Assembly (NCBI GenBank): GCA_964633995.1
Contig: CAZWKN010000003.1
Coordinates: forward strand, 5,750-69,749
Direction of reading: 5' to 3'
DNA: 64,000 nucleotides
Origin: an uncultured Gammaproteobacteria bacterium
GTDB lineage: Bacteria; Patescibacteriota; Microgenomatia; CAZETR01; Amesbacteraceae
Shown here: piece by piece, positions 31,068 through 40,690 of the stretch
How the letters are laid out: each line of letters opens with the position of its first letter
How positions within the stretch are numbered: the stretch's first letter is position 1
Translations under genes and position numbers: made by a program
The notes under the pieces: model-generated
The model's database searches: none
Told to the model about the DNA's origin: nothing
What the model saw: the letters and a program-made list of their open reading frames with translations, nothing else

Positions 31068-32915
31068 GTGGAACTGTTAAAAACACTTAATCCCGAACAA
31101 CTCCAAGCCGTGATCCACGATGGTGGGCCTTTGTTGGTCCTGGCGGGCGCTGGCAGTGGGAAAACGAAAGTTCTGACACATCGAGCTGCATGGTTGGTCA
31201 CCGCAAAAGGGGTGTCTCCAGCTGAAATATTATTGCTTACTTTTACGAATAAAGCCAGTGAGGAAATGCTTAGGAAGGTGGGAGTACTACTTTCGTCTGG
31301 ATTTGCGGGTCAGGGTGGAACTTTTCATAGTTTTAGTGCAAAAATTCTTCGGAGATATGCTAATGAAGCTGGGTTAAGTACCAATTTTGTAATATATGAT
31401 TCCGCTGATCAAATTGACGTAGTAAAAGAAGCAATGGCCAAAATTGGGGTTGACGTAAAGTCTGTTAAACCAAACTCGGTGCTGGCTGCTATTTCCGAGG
31501 CCAAAAACGAACTAATCGCAGCGTCAAGCTATGAAGGTTTTGCGAGGGGGAGTTGGACACAAATGGTAGCCAAGGTGTATTTAACATATCAACAGTTGCT
31601 GAAAAGATATCAGGCTTTGGATTTTGATGATTTGTTATTTGAAACTGTAAACTTGTTGAAAAAAAACCCAGAGATAAGATCAAAAACAAGGAACTCTTTT
31701 AAACATGTTTTGATTGACGAGTATCAAGATACCAATAAAGCTCAGTATGAAATGACCAAACTTCTCACAGGAGATTCCGAAAACTTAACAGTTGTCGGAG
31801 ACGCGTCACAAGCAATTTATTCCTGGAGAGGGGCTGATTATAGGAATTTATTACTACTGAAACAGGATTTTGTTAATTTGACAATAATTAATTTGGAACA
31901 AAATTATCGATCTACGCAAATCATTCTATCGGCGGCAAATGAAGTAATTAGGAAAAATAAAAACCATCCAATACTTAATTTGTGGACGAGTCGGGGCGCC
32001 GGTGAAAAGATAACTGTTTATGAAGCTGAAAGCGAAATAGACGAAGCAAGCTTCGTAGTAGCACAGTTATCCAGTTTTCCAGATACAAAACTTTCTGATT
32101 TTGCGGTGTTGTATAGGACAAACGCCCAGTCGCGTGTATTTGAAGAGGCCATGTTACATGCCGGAATACCCTATGCACTGGTGGGGGGGGTAAGGTTTTA
32201 TGAACGCAAGGAAATAAAAGACGTATTAGCGTATTTAAAAATATATATCAACCCTGCAGATGAAGTATCCAGGAAAAGGGCAGAAAAATTGGGCAAGGGA
32301 AAGTTGTCAAGGTTTGAGAGTTCAATTGACAAGGACGCCGACCTAACATCCTTACAAATTCTGGATCTGACCCTTAAGTTAACGGGTTACCTGGACGGGC
32401 TTGATCCTGCCGACGAAGAAGACGCCGGAAGAATGGAGAATCTTAAGGAGTTGAGGTCCGTTGCTGATCTTTTTCCTAACTTGAATGACTTTTTACAGAA
32501 TATTGCATTGACTGAAAAGGAAAGTAAAAAAACAGGTGAACTCAGAAATGGAGCAGTGACATTAATGACCATGCACTCAGCTAAGGGTTTGGAGTTCAGG
32601 ATTGTATTTATTGTTGGGATGGAGGAGGGACTATTCCCCCACAGCCGCTCACTATTGGACCCGGACCAGATGGAAGAAGAGAGACGGTTGGCGTACGTAG
32701 GAATTACTAGGGCCATGGATAAGTTGTATATAACCTACGCTAAAAGACGTTTGTATTTCGGACAACGAAACACTAACCCCGTGTCCAGATTTTTGGCAGA
32801 AATTCCGGAGATTTTGATCGACACAAACAATAATATTAGGGTCTTTAAAACTATAAAGGCCGAGGAACAATGGGGCTTTGATGATAGCGGAAACTGGAAG
32901 TGGAAACCAGACTAA
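31068..32915 (+). CDS. pcrA: ATP-dependent DNA helicase PcrA/UvrD
   Basis: AGAGSGKT, DEYQDTN, NYRS, TMHSAKGLEF, EERRLAYVGITRA. Confidence 0.95.
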   Translation: MELLKTLNPEQLQAVIHDGGPLLVLAGAGSGKTKVLTHRAAWLVTAKGVSPAEILLLTFTNKASEEMLRKVGVLLSSGFAGQGGTFHSFSAKILRRYANEAGLSTNFVIYDSADQIDVVKEAMAKIGVDVKSVKPNSVLAAISEAKNELIAASSYEGFARGSWTQMVAKVYLTYQQLLKRYQALDFDDLLFETVNLLKKNPEIRSKTRNSFKHVLIDEYQDTNKAQYEMTKLLTGDSENLTVVGDASQAIYSWRGADYRNLLLLKQDFVNLTIINLEQNYRSTQIILSAANEVIRKNKNHPILNLWTSRGAGEKITVYEAESEIDEASFVVAQLSSFPDTKLSDFAVLYRTNAQSRVFEEAMLHAGIPYALVGGVRFYERKEIKDVLAYLKIYINPADEVSRKRAEKLGKGKLSRFESSIDKDADLTSLQILDLTLKLTGYLDGLDPADEEDAGRMENLKELRSVADLFPNLNDFLQNIALTEKESKKTGELRNGAVTLMTMHSAKGLEFRIVFIVGMEEGLFPHSRSLLDPDQMEEERRLAYVGITRAMDKLYITYAKRRLYFGQRNTNPVSRFLAEIPEILIDTNNNIRVFKTIKAEEQWGFDDSGNWKWKPD

Positions 32916-33566
32916 CTAGCCATTTAGTAGTTTTGACAAAAGGGCGAGAGTCTTGGGGGATGTGAGTATTCGGGCGTGGCCGTAGACTGGCACACAAATA
33001 TTTATGGCTTGGGGTATAAGTAAATTTTTGTTGGGGATTACGTGGTTATCTTTAGCCGCATAGATATTAATTATCCGCGAGAGATCGAGATGGTTTTTTA
33101 TGTTGGCAATTACTGGCGACCCAGGAAGGAGTTCTTCTAAAAAATAGGTTTTTAGATAACCTAACAGTGATCCTTGCCATGGTGTACAAATGGAGATAAT
33201 TTTGGCGATGTTTTGTGGATGTTTTTTCAATACTCCTGCGGCAACTAACCCGCCTTTACTGTGCGTAAGTATTATTACTTTTTTTAAATTGTTTTTTATT
33301 ATGTAATCCGAAACCACAGTAGAAGCTTGATCCAAAGGAAGAATATTTTTTCCTAAATCGTTAATCACATGAACACGGAAACCAAGCATGTTGACGTGGT
33401 CGCCTATGATCTTTAGAAACCGCCACGAACTGTTCCAACCCTGGATCAACACCACGTTCCCGTTTTTCCCCAATTTCCATTGGCTAGGCGGTTGCGCCAG
33501 TTTGGTTGATAGACGAATATTTAAAATGGTTAGATATTCCGAAATTAGCCAGAAAGGATCAAACAT
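32916..33566 (-). CDS. Alpha/beta hydrolase (lipase/esterase-like)
   Basis: HSKGG nucleophile elbow, TPW.G, D and GH triad residues. Confidence 0.85.
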   Translation of the reverse strand: MFDPFWLISEYLTILNIRLSTKLAQPPSQWKLGKNGNVVLIQGWNSSWRFLKIIGDHVNMLGFRVHVINDLGKNILPLDQASTVVSDYIIKNNLKKVIILTHSKGGLVAAGVLKKHPQNIAKIISICTPWQGSLLGYLKTYFLEELLPGSPVIANIKNHLDLSRIINIYAAKDNHVIPNKNLLIPQAINICVPVYGHARILTSPKTLALLSKLLNG

Positions 33567-33582
33567 GGGATAATTCTATATC

Positions 33583-34443
33583 ATGGAGGCTGTAAAATGG
33601 GATTCGCACGTTGACCACCCAATGCAATCTTGGGAGTGGGGTGAGTTTAGGAGGAAGATGGAAAACAAGGTGACGCAGGTTGGACGATTACAGATAATTT
33701 GGAGTAAGTTACCCTTGGGAATGTGGTTTGGATATTGCCCGATGAGTCAAATGCCGAGCGAGGAAGAGCTAAAAAAAATTGAGGGTGGCATTGGCGTCCG
33801 ATTTGAGCCGAACGAGAGAAGTGGCGCAAAAATTACAAAGGGGTTGGTCCGGGGGAGACATTTGTTTAAGCCGAAGACATATTGGATAAACTTGACACTT
33901 TCCGAAGATGAATTATTAAAAAAAATGACGAGCAAGTGCAGATATAACATTCGACTGGCGCAAAGGCATGGAGTATTAATTGAAGAAGGCGACGTGGAAA
34001 GCTACCTGAAGCTAATGAAAAAAACCACAAAAAGACAGAAAATATATGCACATTCGGAAAGATATCATCAGGAAATGGCCAAGTTGAGGTTTGTGAAGCA
34101 GTTTAAGGCAAAATACGATGGAAAAACTATTGCGAGCTGGATGATATTTGCATGGAAAGATTTTATGTATTACGCGTATGGAGCTTTTGACGATGAATAC
34201 AAAAATATTATGGCACCAGTACTTGGGTTGTGGGAAATTATGAAATGGGGAAAGGCCAATGGATATAAAACTCTTGATTTGTGGGGGGCGGAAGAAGGGA
34301 GAGGGTTTTCCAGATTTAAGGAACAGTTTGGGCCGGAGCTGGTCGAGCTGGTCGGCACATTCGATTTGCCACTGAGTTTGTGGTATTGGCCATTTAGATT
34401 TGCGGAGGAGGTCAGGTGGAAGATACTAAGATTAATTGCTTAA
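33583..34443 (+). CDS. FemABX-family peptidoglycan bridge aminoacyltransferase
   Basis: QSWEWGEF, RYNIRLA, DLWG, FKEQFG. Confidence 0.9.
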   Translation: MEAVKWDSHVDHPMQSWEWGEFRRKMENKVTQVGRLQIIWSKLPLGMWFGYCPMSQMPSEEELKKIEGGIGVRFEPNERSGAKITKGLVRGRHLFKPKTYWINLTLSEDELLKKMTSKCRYNIRLAQRHGVLIEEGDVESYLKLMKKTTKRQKIYAHSERYHQEMAKLRFVKQFKAKYDGKTIASWMIFAWKDFMYYAYGAFDDEYKNIMAPVLGLWEIMKWGKANGYKTLDLWGAEEGRGFSRFKEQFGPELVELVGTFDLPLSLWYWPFRFAEEVRWKILRLIA

Positions 34444-34778
34444 AACAGGTATTCCACTTTCTTAAACATCATAACAATCATCATTTGTGCGGCGATAAAA
34501 AATAACATTCCCAATATTGCGGTACCTATTGGACCGTTGTAGCTTTTGATGTAACCTCTAGATTTTAATGCCTGGCTAAGCTTGGCGTTTCCAGAAATTA
34601 CTGTGAAGGTGAACAAGGGGTTGGCAGGAACAAGAAGTATGGTGGCACCAGACGTGACAGTTTTGAGAAATTTTAAAGAAATTACGGCAAAGTAGGCGCC
34701 CGTGGTAACCATGAAGATTGATCGAGGCCAATGTTCCAGCGGGGATACTGTGGGAATATCAATTGCGATTGGCTGCAT
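34440..34778 (-). CDS. Hypothetical membrane protein
   Basis: Two hydrophobic segments; TATACT 7 nt before start; fills the gap between genes. Confidence 0.6.
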   Translation of the reverse strand: MQPIAIDIPTVSPLEHWPRSIFMVTTGAYFAVISLKFLKTVTSGATILLVPANPLFTFTVISGNAKLSQALKSRGYIKSYNGPIGTAILGMLFFIAAQMMIVMMFKKVEYLF

Positions 34779-34799
34779 TGTGTAAAGTATATGGCAACA

Positions 34800-37622
34800 C
34801 TAGTGGGACCTGTCAACCACAAGCCTGCACAGTTTGGAATAGTCACACTTGCCCTCCTGGCAAATCTTGGGGTGAGAACAACCAAATTCCGACGATTCTA
34901 TTTGCAATTTGATTGACTTGATTTTCTCGACCGCCTCATCAAGCTGTTCTTGGGTTTTTGTGATACTAATCCTGTCTCCAGAATCTAAATACACCAAAAC
35001 CAGCTCAAGTTCCGGCTTGTCTACCATTTTTGCAGCAGCCAGTGCATAAAAAGACAACTGCAAGTCGGTCTGGGCTTCTTTGAGCGAAAGCTGATTATTG
35101 GGGCTGCTGGTTTTGTAATCAAAAATAGTTACTTTATTGCCGACAATATCAACCCTATCAATTTTCCCTCCAATGGTAAGGTCTGGAGTCAATAGAAATT
35201 TGAACCCATGTTCAAGTAGGGTGGGATTTTGAGGAAGGGTCGTTATGGCCCTTTTTACCATATCCTGACCACGTTTAAAAAATAATTGCTCTCTTTTTTT
35301 ATTCTCGTAACCCCGATTGTCCCAGTTCACCTCAAGCAGTTTTACGACATCGGGACTTTCCCCTCGGATAAGTTGTTCATAGTAATTCTTGAGTGTTTTA
35401 TGAATGGTGTTGCCAAAACTTGACGAGGCAGACGGTGGCGTCTTGAGGCCCAAGTCATATTTTGCTCGGTAGTGAAGAGGGCAATCTAAAAATGTTTCTA
35501 TCCGCGAGGAATCTAGGTATGTGACGGTGGTGGAGGTGGATATTTGGACTGGTGGGGTGTGGATAGGGACTGGGGGTTGGAGGACAGGGACTGGAGTGGT
35601 CAAATCTATGTCCGATAGGGCCTCTGACACAAACTGGGAGATTTTTTTGGGTCTCTTACCATCTCCATAATAATCGGCACCGGTGAGAATTAGTTGGCTT
35701 TTTGCCCGAGTCATGGCCACATAAAACAATCGACGTTCTTCCTGGAGATGAGTGTCTGCTTGCGGAAGAGTTTCCTTGATAAACACGTCCGGAATAGGGA
35801 TTGCCTCTGAGCGATTAATTGACGGGAATCTGGCCGAGACTAAGCTGCAGATAAACACAACTGGAAACTCTAATCCCTTGGCTGAATGAACAGTGATGAT
35901 TTTGACGGTATCCTCACCTTCCCAGTCCAATTCTGCGGCTTGGGGCGATTCCCCTATTTGCTCCAATGTCTCTATCCAGGCCAATACGGCGGGAATGGAA
36001 GTGTCGTTCGAACGGGATTCGAATGATTTGATGCGATTGAATAATTTTACAATGTTTAGTGCGACCGACTCTTCCTCTTGTGTATGATAGTCTGTCAGGT
36101 GATGAATCCAATTGGTTTTTGAAAGCAGGTCATACAGAACTTCTCCGGCTGATAATTTAGCTAACAACAATTGATGCTCTTCAATTAACGCCAGAAAATT
36201 TGCTACTTTTTTGTTCGAAGATTTTTTAACGACCTCAATTAGCGGAATTCTATCTTGCTTGCTTTCGGAAACTAATCTGGAGATTTCAATGGGAGGGATA
36301 TCGAACCAAGGCGAACACAATACCTGAAATAGAGCGATTTGATTGAGTGGATTTTGTACTACATCCAAATACGAAACCAGGTTTCTGATTTCAGGACGTT
36401 GAAAAAGTGTCGAGGGCCCTAGAAAACGACAAGGGATGTTGTTCCTCTCCAGGCAGGACACGATTGGTTGGGCGTGTGAGTTGGCCCGGACGAGAACAGC
36501 AAAGTCGGACCAGGCAAGAGAATTGTCTGATTTAATTTTTTGAATTTGGCTCGTGACAGTTTCGGCCTCCGATTCGGAGTTTTGAAGATGGAAAAACTTA
36601 ACTGGTTGCGGATTTGGTATTGGCGAAACACTGATGAGTTTTTTGTCTACCCCCTCCTGAACCTCTAACCTGTCGGGGTTGTTGTGGGTGATTAAGCGGT
36701 ACGCACAATCAAGAATTTCTTTGGTCGAGCGAAAGTTTTGATTTAATATGATTTTTTTTACGTTTGGATAGTGTTTGGAAAAAGAGATTAAGTTGCTAGT
36801 CGAAGCTCCTCGCCATTTATAAATTGATTGATCGTCATCGCCAACCACGGTTAGGTTTGGATTGTCACCCGCTAGTAGTTTAATTAGTTCTGTTTGAGAA
36901 TAATTGGTGTCCTGATATTCGTCTACCAATATCCAGGGCCATTTTTTCCGGTAGTCTGATAGTACATTCGGCCTGTTTACAAAAAGTTTTAAGGAGACCG
37001 AAATTAAGTCTGAGAAGGAAAAAACGTTCTCTTTAAGTTTTAGGGCTTGGTAAAATCTATAAAAACTTGCCAGTTCACGATATTTGTCAGACTCGAGCTT
37101 GCTTTCTGAGGTATCCCGTTTTAGCGAACTTGCCCATTTTTCATAGTCCTCCACCGTCACGTTTTCATCCTGCAGCCTGTCGACGTGAGTGAGCAGAGCA
37201 GATATAAATTTATCCGGATTTCCCAATGGGCGAAAATATTCTAATGGAGATTCCCAAAGATGGGATTTTATTAGTGTGAACAATTCGATTTCCGATCCCA
37301 GGGTATAGTTTTGCGGATAACCTATTTGAAAAGCGTCATCCCGTAAAACCTGGTCGCATAAACCGTGAAAGGTGTGGACGGAAACCTGAAAACCTAAGGG
37401 CAGCAACTCGTCTAACCTGGATTCCATTTCATGAGCTGCTTTTTCAGTGAAAGTGATGGCCAAAATTTGGTCGGGGGTGGCTAGATTGGAATCTATTAGA
37501 TGCTTGATACGGTGGGTGACTACTGTCGTTTTGCCAGTGCCAGCTCCGGCAATAATCATGAGAGGGCCATGCCCGTGTGCGACGGCCTCGAGTTGCTGCT
37601 TATTAAGAGTTTTTTCTTCCAT
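34800..37622 (-). CDS. UvrD-family helicase fused to PD-(D/E)XK nuclease (AddA/AdnAB-like)
   Basis: GAGTGKT, DEYQD; GKIDRVD..DYKT..QL..Y; 1+3 Cys Fe-S arrangement. Confidence 0.92.
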   Translation of the reverse strand: MEEKTLNKQQLEAVAHGHGPLMIIAGAGTGKTTVVTHRIKHLIDSNLATPDQILAITFTEKAAHEMESRLDELLPLGFQVSVHTFHGLCDQVLRDDAFQIGYPQNYTLGSEIELFTLIKSHLWESPLEYFRPLGNPDKFISALLTHVDRLQDENVTVEDYEKWASSLKRDTSESKLESDKYRELASFYRFYQALKLKENVFSFSDLISVSLKLFVNRPNVLSDYRKKWPWILVDEYQDTNYSQTELIKLLAGDNPNLTVVGDDDQSIYKWRGASTSNLISFSKHYPNVKKIILNQNFRSTKEILDCAYRLITHNNPDRLEVQEGVDKKLISVSPIPNPQPVKFFHLQNSESEAETVTSQIQKIKSDNSLAWSDFAVLVRANSHAQPIVSCLERNNIPCRFLGPSTLFQRPEIRNLVSYLDVVQNPLNQIALFQVLCSPWFDIPPIEISRLVSESKQDRIPLIEVVKKSSNKKVANFLALIEEHQLLLAKLSAGEVLYDLLSKTNWIHHLTDYHTQEEESVALNIVKLFNRIKSFESRSNDTSIPAVLAWIETLEQIGESPQAAELDWEGEDTVKIITVHSAKGLEFPVVFICSLVSARFPSINRSEAIPIPDVFIKETLPQADTHLQEERRLFYVAMTRAKSQLILTGADYYGDGKRPKKISQFVSEALSDIDLTTPVPVLQPPVPIHTPPVQISTSTTVTYLDSSRIETFLDCPLHYRAKYDLGLKTPPSASSSFGNTIHKTLKNYYEQLIRGESPDVVKLLEVNWDNRGYENKKREQLFFKRGQDMVKRAITTLPQNPTLLEHGFKFLLTPDLTIGGKIDRVDIVGNKVTIFDYKTSSPNNQLSLKEAQTDLQLSFYALAAAKMVDKPELELVLVYLDSGDRISITKTQEQLDEAVEKIKSIKLQIESSEFGCSHPKICQEGKCDYSKLCRLVVDRSH
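35546..35594. repeat. 7/21-nt periodic array in helicase-nuclease linker
   Basis: ggactgg recurs at 35546, 35567 and 35588. Confidence 0.6.
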
Positions 37623-37655
37623 GGACTAAATTGTATCACCCGAACGTCTCGCAAA

Positions 37656-37711
37656 ACCTCACCCCTTTAACTCCCCTCTCCTGAATTCAGGAGAGGGGTA
37701 AGAGGAGAGGT
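37656..37711. repeat. REP-like inverted repeat
   Basis: Perfect 26-bp palindrome CCCCTCTCCTGAATTCAGGAGAGGGG (37673-37698) with 10/12 outer arms. Confidence 0.9.
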
Positions 37712-37722
37712 AAAATATAATT

Positions 37723-38301
37723 ATGAGAACATGTGGGATGGATGAGGTGGGAAGAGGAGCCTTCGCCGGACCATTGACCGCTGCGGCGGTAATATTAAAT
37801 CCTAAATCTAAAATTCTAAGTTCTAAATTAAAAGACTCTAAAAAACTAAGTTCAAAACAAAGAAACCGACTTTATAAAAAAATTATTAAATACGCGGACT
37901 TGATAGAAATTGAAATAATCTCTGTGAGACTAATAAATAATAGAGGGATTGGGTGGGCAAATAAACAGATTTTTCGCAATTTAATTAAACGAATTGAGGC
38001 GGACAAATTTATTATTGATGGTAATTTGAAAATAAGAAAAGCGGTAAGCGTCGTTAAGGCGGACACTAAAATTCCGGAGGTGATGGCTGCGTCGATAATT
38101 GCTAAGGTGACGCGGGATGAGTACATGATAAAACTGCACGAGGAACACGAGGTGTATGGTTGGAAATCTAATAAGGGATATGGGACGAAATATCATATTA
38201 ATGCGCTACGGGAACATGGAATGACAAGGCATCATAGGAGTGTGTTTGTAACAACGGCACTGAAAAATAGTTACGAAGTCAAGGTTCTAGATAATTGGTG
38301 A
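37723..38301 (+). CDS. rnhB: Ribonuclease HII
   Basis: GMDEVGRG..AGP, DSKKL, DG, AASIIAKV.RD, KGYGT..H. Confidence 0.97.
   Translation: MRTCGMDEVGRGAFAGPLTAAAVILNPKSKILSSKLKDSKKLSSKQRNRLYKKIIKYADLIEIEIISVRLINNRGIGWANKQIFRNLIKRIEADKFIIDGNLKIRKAVSVVKADTKIPEVMAASIIAKVTRDEYMIKLHEEHEVYGWKSNKGYGTKYHINALREHGMTRHHRSVFVTTALKNSYEVKVLDNW
37797..37831. repeat. Degenerate 7-mer tandem array in rnhB
   Basis: aaatcct aaatcta aaattct aagttct aaattaa (NPKSKILSSKL). Confidence 0.75.
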
Positions 38302-39328
38302 GCTTCATTGATGGATCAAAATCAGGATAAAAATTGCGCTCCCAAACATGGTTTTTAAGCTCTGTCATGAGCTTTTGGGAAAGTTTATAACCGTCTGAAA
38401 TTGCTGCGTTCGCGATGACATTGCCCACCTTACGCGTTCCAGGAATAACTGAGGAAATTTCATCAAAGGACAAAATGTAACGAAGAGCTAATTCTGGTAT
38501 GGATTGAGCCTCGGTCCCTAATAATTTTGTTAAGGTGTTGATTCTGGGGATAAATTCTTTTAAATGCTCCTGGTTAAAATACAACGATCTCATTTGGTCA
38601 TCAAAATGTGTATCTGGCGTTAATTTTCCAGTTAGTCCCCCTTCGTCCAAAGGAACACGGGCTATTAAACCAATGTTGTTTTTGGCGGCGTATGGCAACA
38701 ACTTTTCAGTGGGTTTTTGATGAAAGATGTTAAAAATAAACTGAACTGAGGCGATTAAACCAGTGTCTAAAGTTTTTAGGGCATTGCTGGGTTGATAATC
38801 GTTAATCGAAATTCCCCAATGTTTGACTTTGCCGGTCCGGCTAATATTTTGAATGGTGTTTTTCCAACCGTCTTCTTTTACAAAATCGTCCTGCCAGACG
38901 TGGAATTGCATCAGATCTATTGAGTCTAGACCAAGGCTTGTTAAAGAAGCGTCTACCATTTCTTTGATATATTTATCAGGGAATACTTCGGAAACAGGAA
39001 TACCTTGCCTCGCTGGCCAATAACGATTTTTGGGCGGAATTTTGGTAGCTACAATGACTTTATTTTTATTTCCAGACTCTTTGAGAAATTTCCCGATTAG
39101 TTCTTCCGATGTGTGGCTACCCACCTCCTCACCCGGCTCATCGGCGCGACCATAGACGTAAGCAGTATCAATAAAGTTTCCCCCAAGTTCGACAAATTTA
39201 TATAAGCTTCGCAAGCTTTCCTGTTCGTCTGGCGCGTCCCAACCCCAAGGCTTACCTGCTAATTGCCATGTCCCCATGCCGACTTCAGAAATGTTCAAGC
39301 CTGTTTTGCCAAGAGTACGATATTGCAT
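38279..39328 (-). CDS. Aldo/keto reductase
   Basis: MQYRTLG, IDTAYVYG, ATK, QFH, IPG; start moved to 39328. Confidence 0.94.
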   Translation of the reverse strand: MQYRTLGKTGLNISEVGMGTWQLAGKPWGWDAPDEQESLRSLYKFVELGGNFIDTAYVYGRADEPGEEVGSHTSEELIGKFLKESGNKNKVIVATKIPPKNRYWPARQGIPVSEVFPDKYIKEMVDASLTSLGLDSIDLMQFHVWQDDFVKEDGWKNTIQNISRTGKVKHWGISINDYQPSNALKTLDTGLIASVQFIFNIFHQKPTEKLLPYAAKNNIGLIARVPLDEGGLTGKLTPDTHFDDQMRSLYFNQEHLKEFIPRINTLTKLLGTEAQSIPELALRYILSFDEISSVIPGTRKVGNVIANAAISDGYKLSQKLMTELKNHVWERNFYPDFDPSMKLTNYLEP

Positions 39329-39362
39329 TTTTCGATTATAACTCTTTGATATACTGTTGGAA

Positions 39363-39947
39363 GTGTTAAATCCTAACTTTGCCATATTGGGAGCGGCTGT
39401 CCAATTTTTTGGAGGTTGGGGATATTTTATTGATACCCTAAAGGGGAAAGTAAAACCAAATAAGGTTAGCTGGTTATTGTGGTCTATTGCACCGTTAATA
39501 GCTGCCTTTGCACAAATAAAGCAAGGCGTGGGAATTTTGTTTATAACCACGTTTGTAGTTGGTTTTTTGCCTGTGATAATTTTTATCGCCTCTTTTGTGA
39601 ATAAAGACGCCAAGTGGAAAATTACAAAATTTGATTTAACCTGTGGACTGTTGTCTCTGATCGGTTTGGTATTATGGTTGATTACCAAGGTGGGGAATGT
39701 GGCTATTTTCTTTAGCATCGTCGCAGACGGCCTAGCGTCAGTGCCGACAATATTAAAATCCTATTCTGACCCAGAATCAGAAAATGATTCGGTGTATTGG
39801 TTTGGGACGGTTAATGCAGCTCTTGGTTTATTAACTATTTCTACTTGGAAATTTGAATTTTGGGGTTTTCCGCTTTACTTGTTGTTTTGCAGTTTGGGTA
39901 TTGCGATATTGATTAGGTTTAAGATTGGAAAACGATTTTCCCGTTGA
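39363..39947 (+). CDS. Hypothetical multi-TM membrane protein
   Basis: GKVKPN..SW..W, PT..KS..DP.SE; start proposed at GTG 7 nt after TATACT. Confidence 0.8.
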   Translation: MLNPNFAILGAAVQFFGGWGYFIDTLKGKVKPNKVSWLLWSIAPLIAAFAQIKQGVGILFITTFVVGFLPVIIFIASFVNKDAKWKITKFDLTCGLLSLIGLVLWLITKVGNVAIFFSIVADGLASVPTILKSYSDPESENDSVYWFGTVNAALGLLTISTWKFEFWGFPLYLLFCSLGIAILIRFKIGKRFSR

Positions 39948-40623
39948 GGTATTTTTGACGGATGGGTTCTGGGAAACGCTCGATGGAATAACGGAGCATG
40001 GTGCGGGGCATTACTTTGTAATGTTTATCCAAGAAATCGGTGAGATATTCTTGGCTGCAGCGCTTGCCCACTTCGCGCAGCATCCAGCCCACTGCTTTGT
40101 GAATTAAATCCTCTTTGTCTTCTAACAACATTTCGGATATTTTGAGTGCCGGCCTGGGATCACCTTTGTAAATAAAGGCGAAGGTGGCCAGGATGGCTAT
40201 GCGGCGTTCCCATAATGATTTTGACTTGGCTAATTTGAATAAAATATCTTTTGGTTTGTCTTGTAAATATTCACCGATAATTTTAGGGGCAGTCAGATCG
40301 ACGAGATCCCAGTTGTTAATATATTTTACGGATTTGAGGTATAAGTCATAAATATTTTTTGGGTCTTTGGGAAATTTATGGACTAAAATTAGTAACGCGA
40401 TTAGACGTTCTTCGTGAAGCCGGGAACGCAGAAGTTCTGTAGCGTCTAAAAGAGATAAATCTTTGTATTTGCGAACGAGAGTGCGGCACTGGGGAACTGT
40501 CAGGCCCAAGAACTTGTCCCCTTCTCCGTATTCTCCCGAGCCGGTTTTGAAAAATCGCAGTGAATGCCTCGCTCGAACCGGATCAGAAAGATTTTGAATA
40601 TCGATACGAAGTGAATCAAGCAC
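39919..40623 (-). CDS. DNA alkylation repair protein (AlkD-like)
   Basis: FFKTG.GEYGEGD.FLG, NNWDLVD, KAVGWMLRE. Confidence 0.92.
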   Translation of the reverse strand: MLDSLRIDIQNLSDPVRARHSLRFFKTGSGEYGEGDKFLGLTVPQCRTLVRKYKDLSLLDATELLRSRLHEERLIALLILVHKFPKDPKNIYDLYLKSVKYINNWDLVDLTAPKIIGEYLQDKPKDILFKLAKSKSLWERRIAILATFAFIYKGDPRPALKISEMLLEDKEDLIHKAVGWMLREVGKRCSQEYLTDFLDKHYKVMPRTMLRYSIERFPEPIRQKYLNGKIVFQS

Positions 40624-40690
40624 TTTTGTAGTTTATGATAAAAACGAGGGCATTGAAAGTAAAAGACAAATATTTAGTGCCGGGGAGAGG

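Noticed and set aside
34800-35500. Cas4-like nuclease suggesting CRISPR-Cas
   Set aside because: It is the C-terminal domain of a UvrD helicase; no cas genes or repeat-spacer array were seen
39329-39718. 130-aa N-terminal extension of the aldo/keto reductase
   Set aside because: Overlaps the + strand membrane gene; the AKR family start MQYRTLG has its own TATAAT
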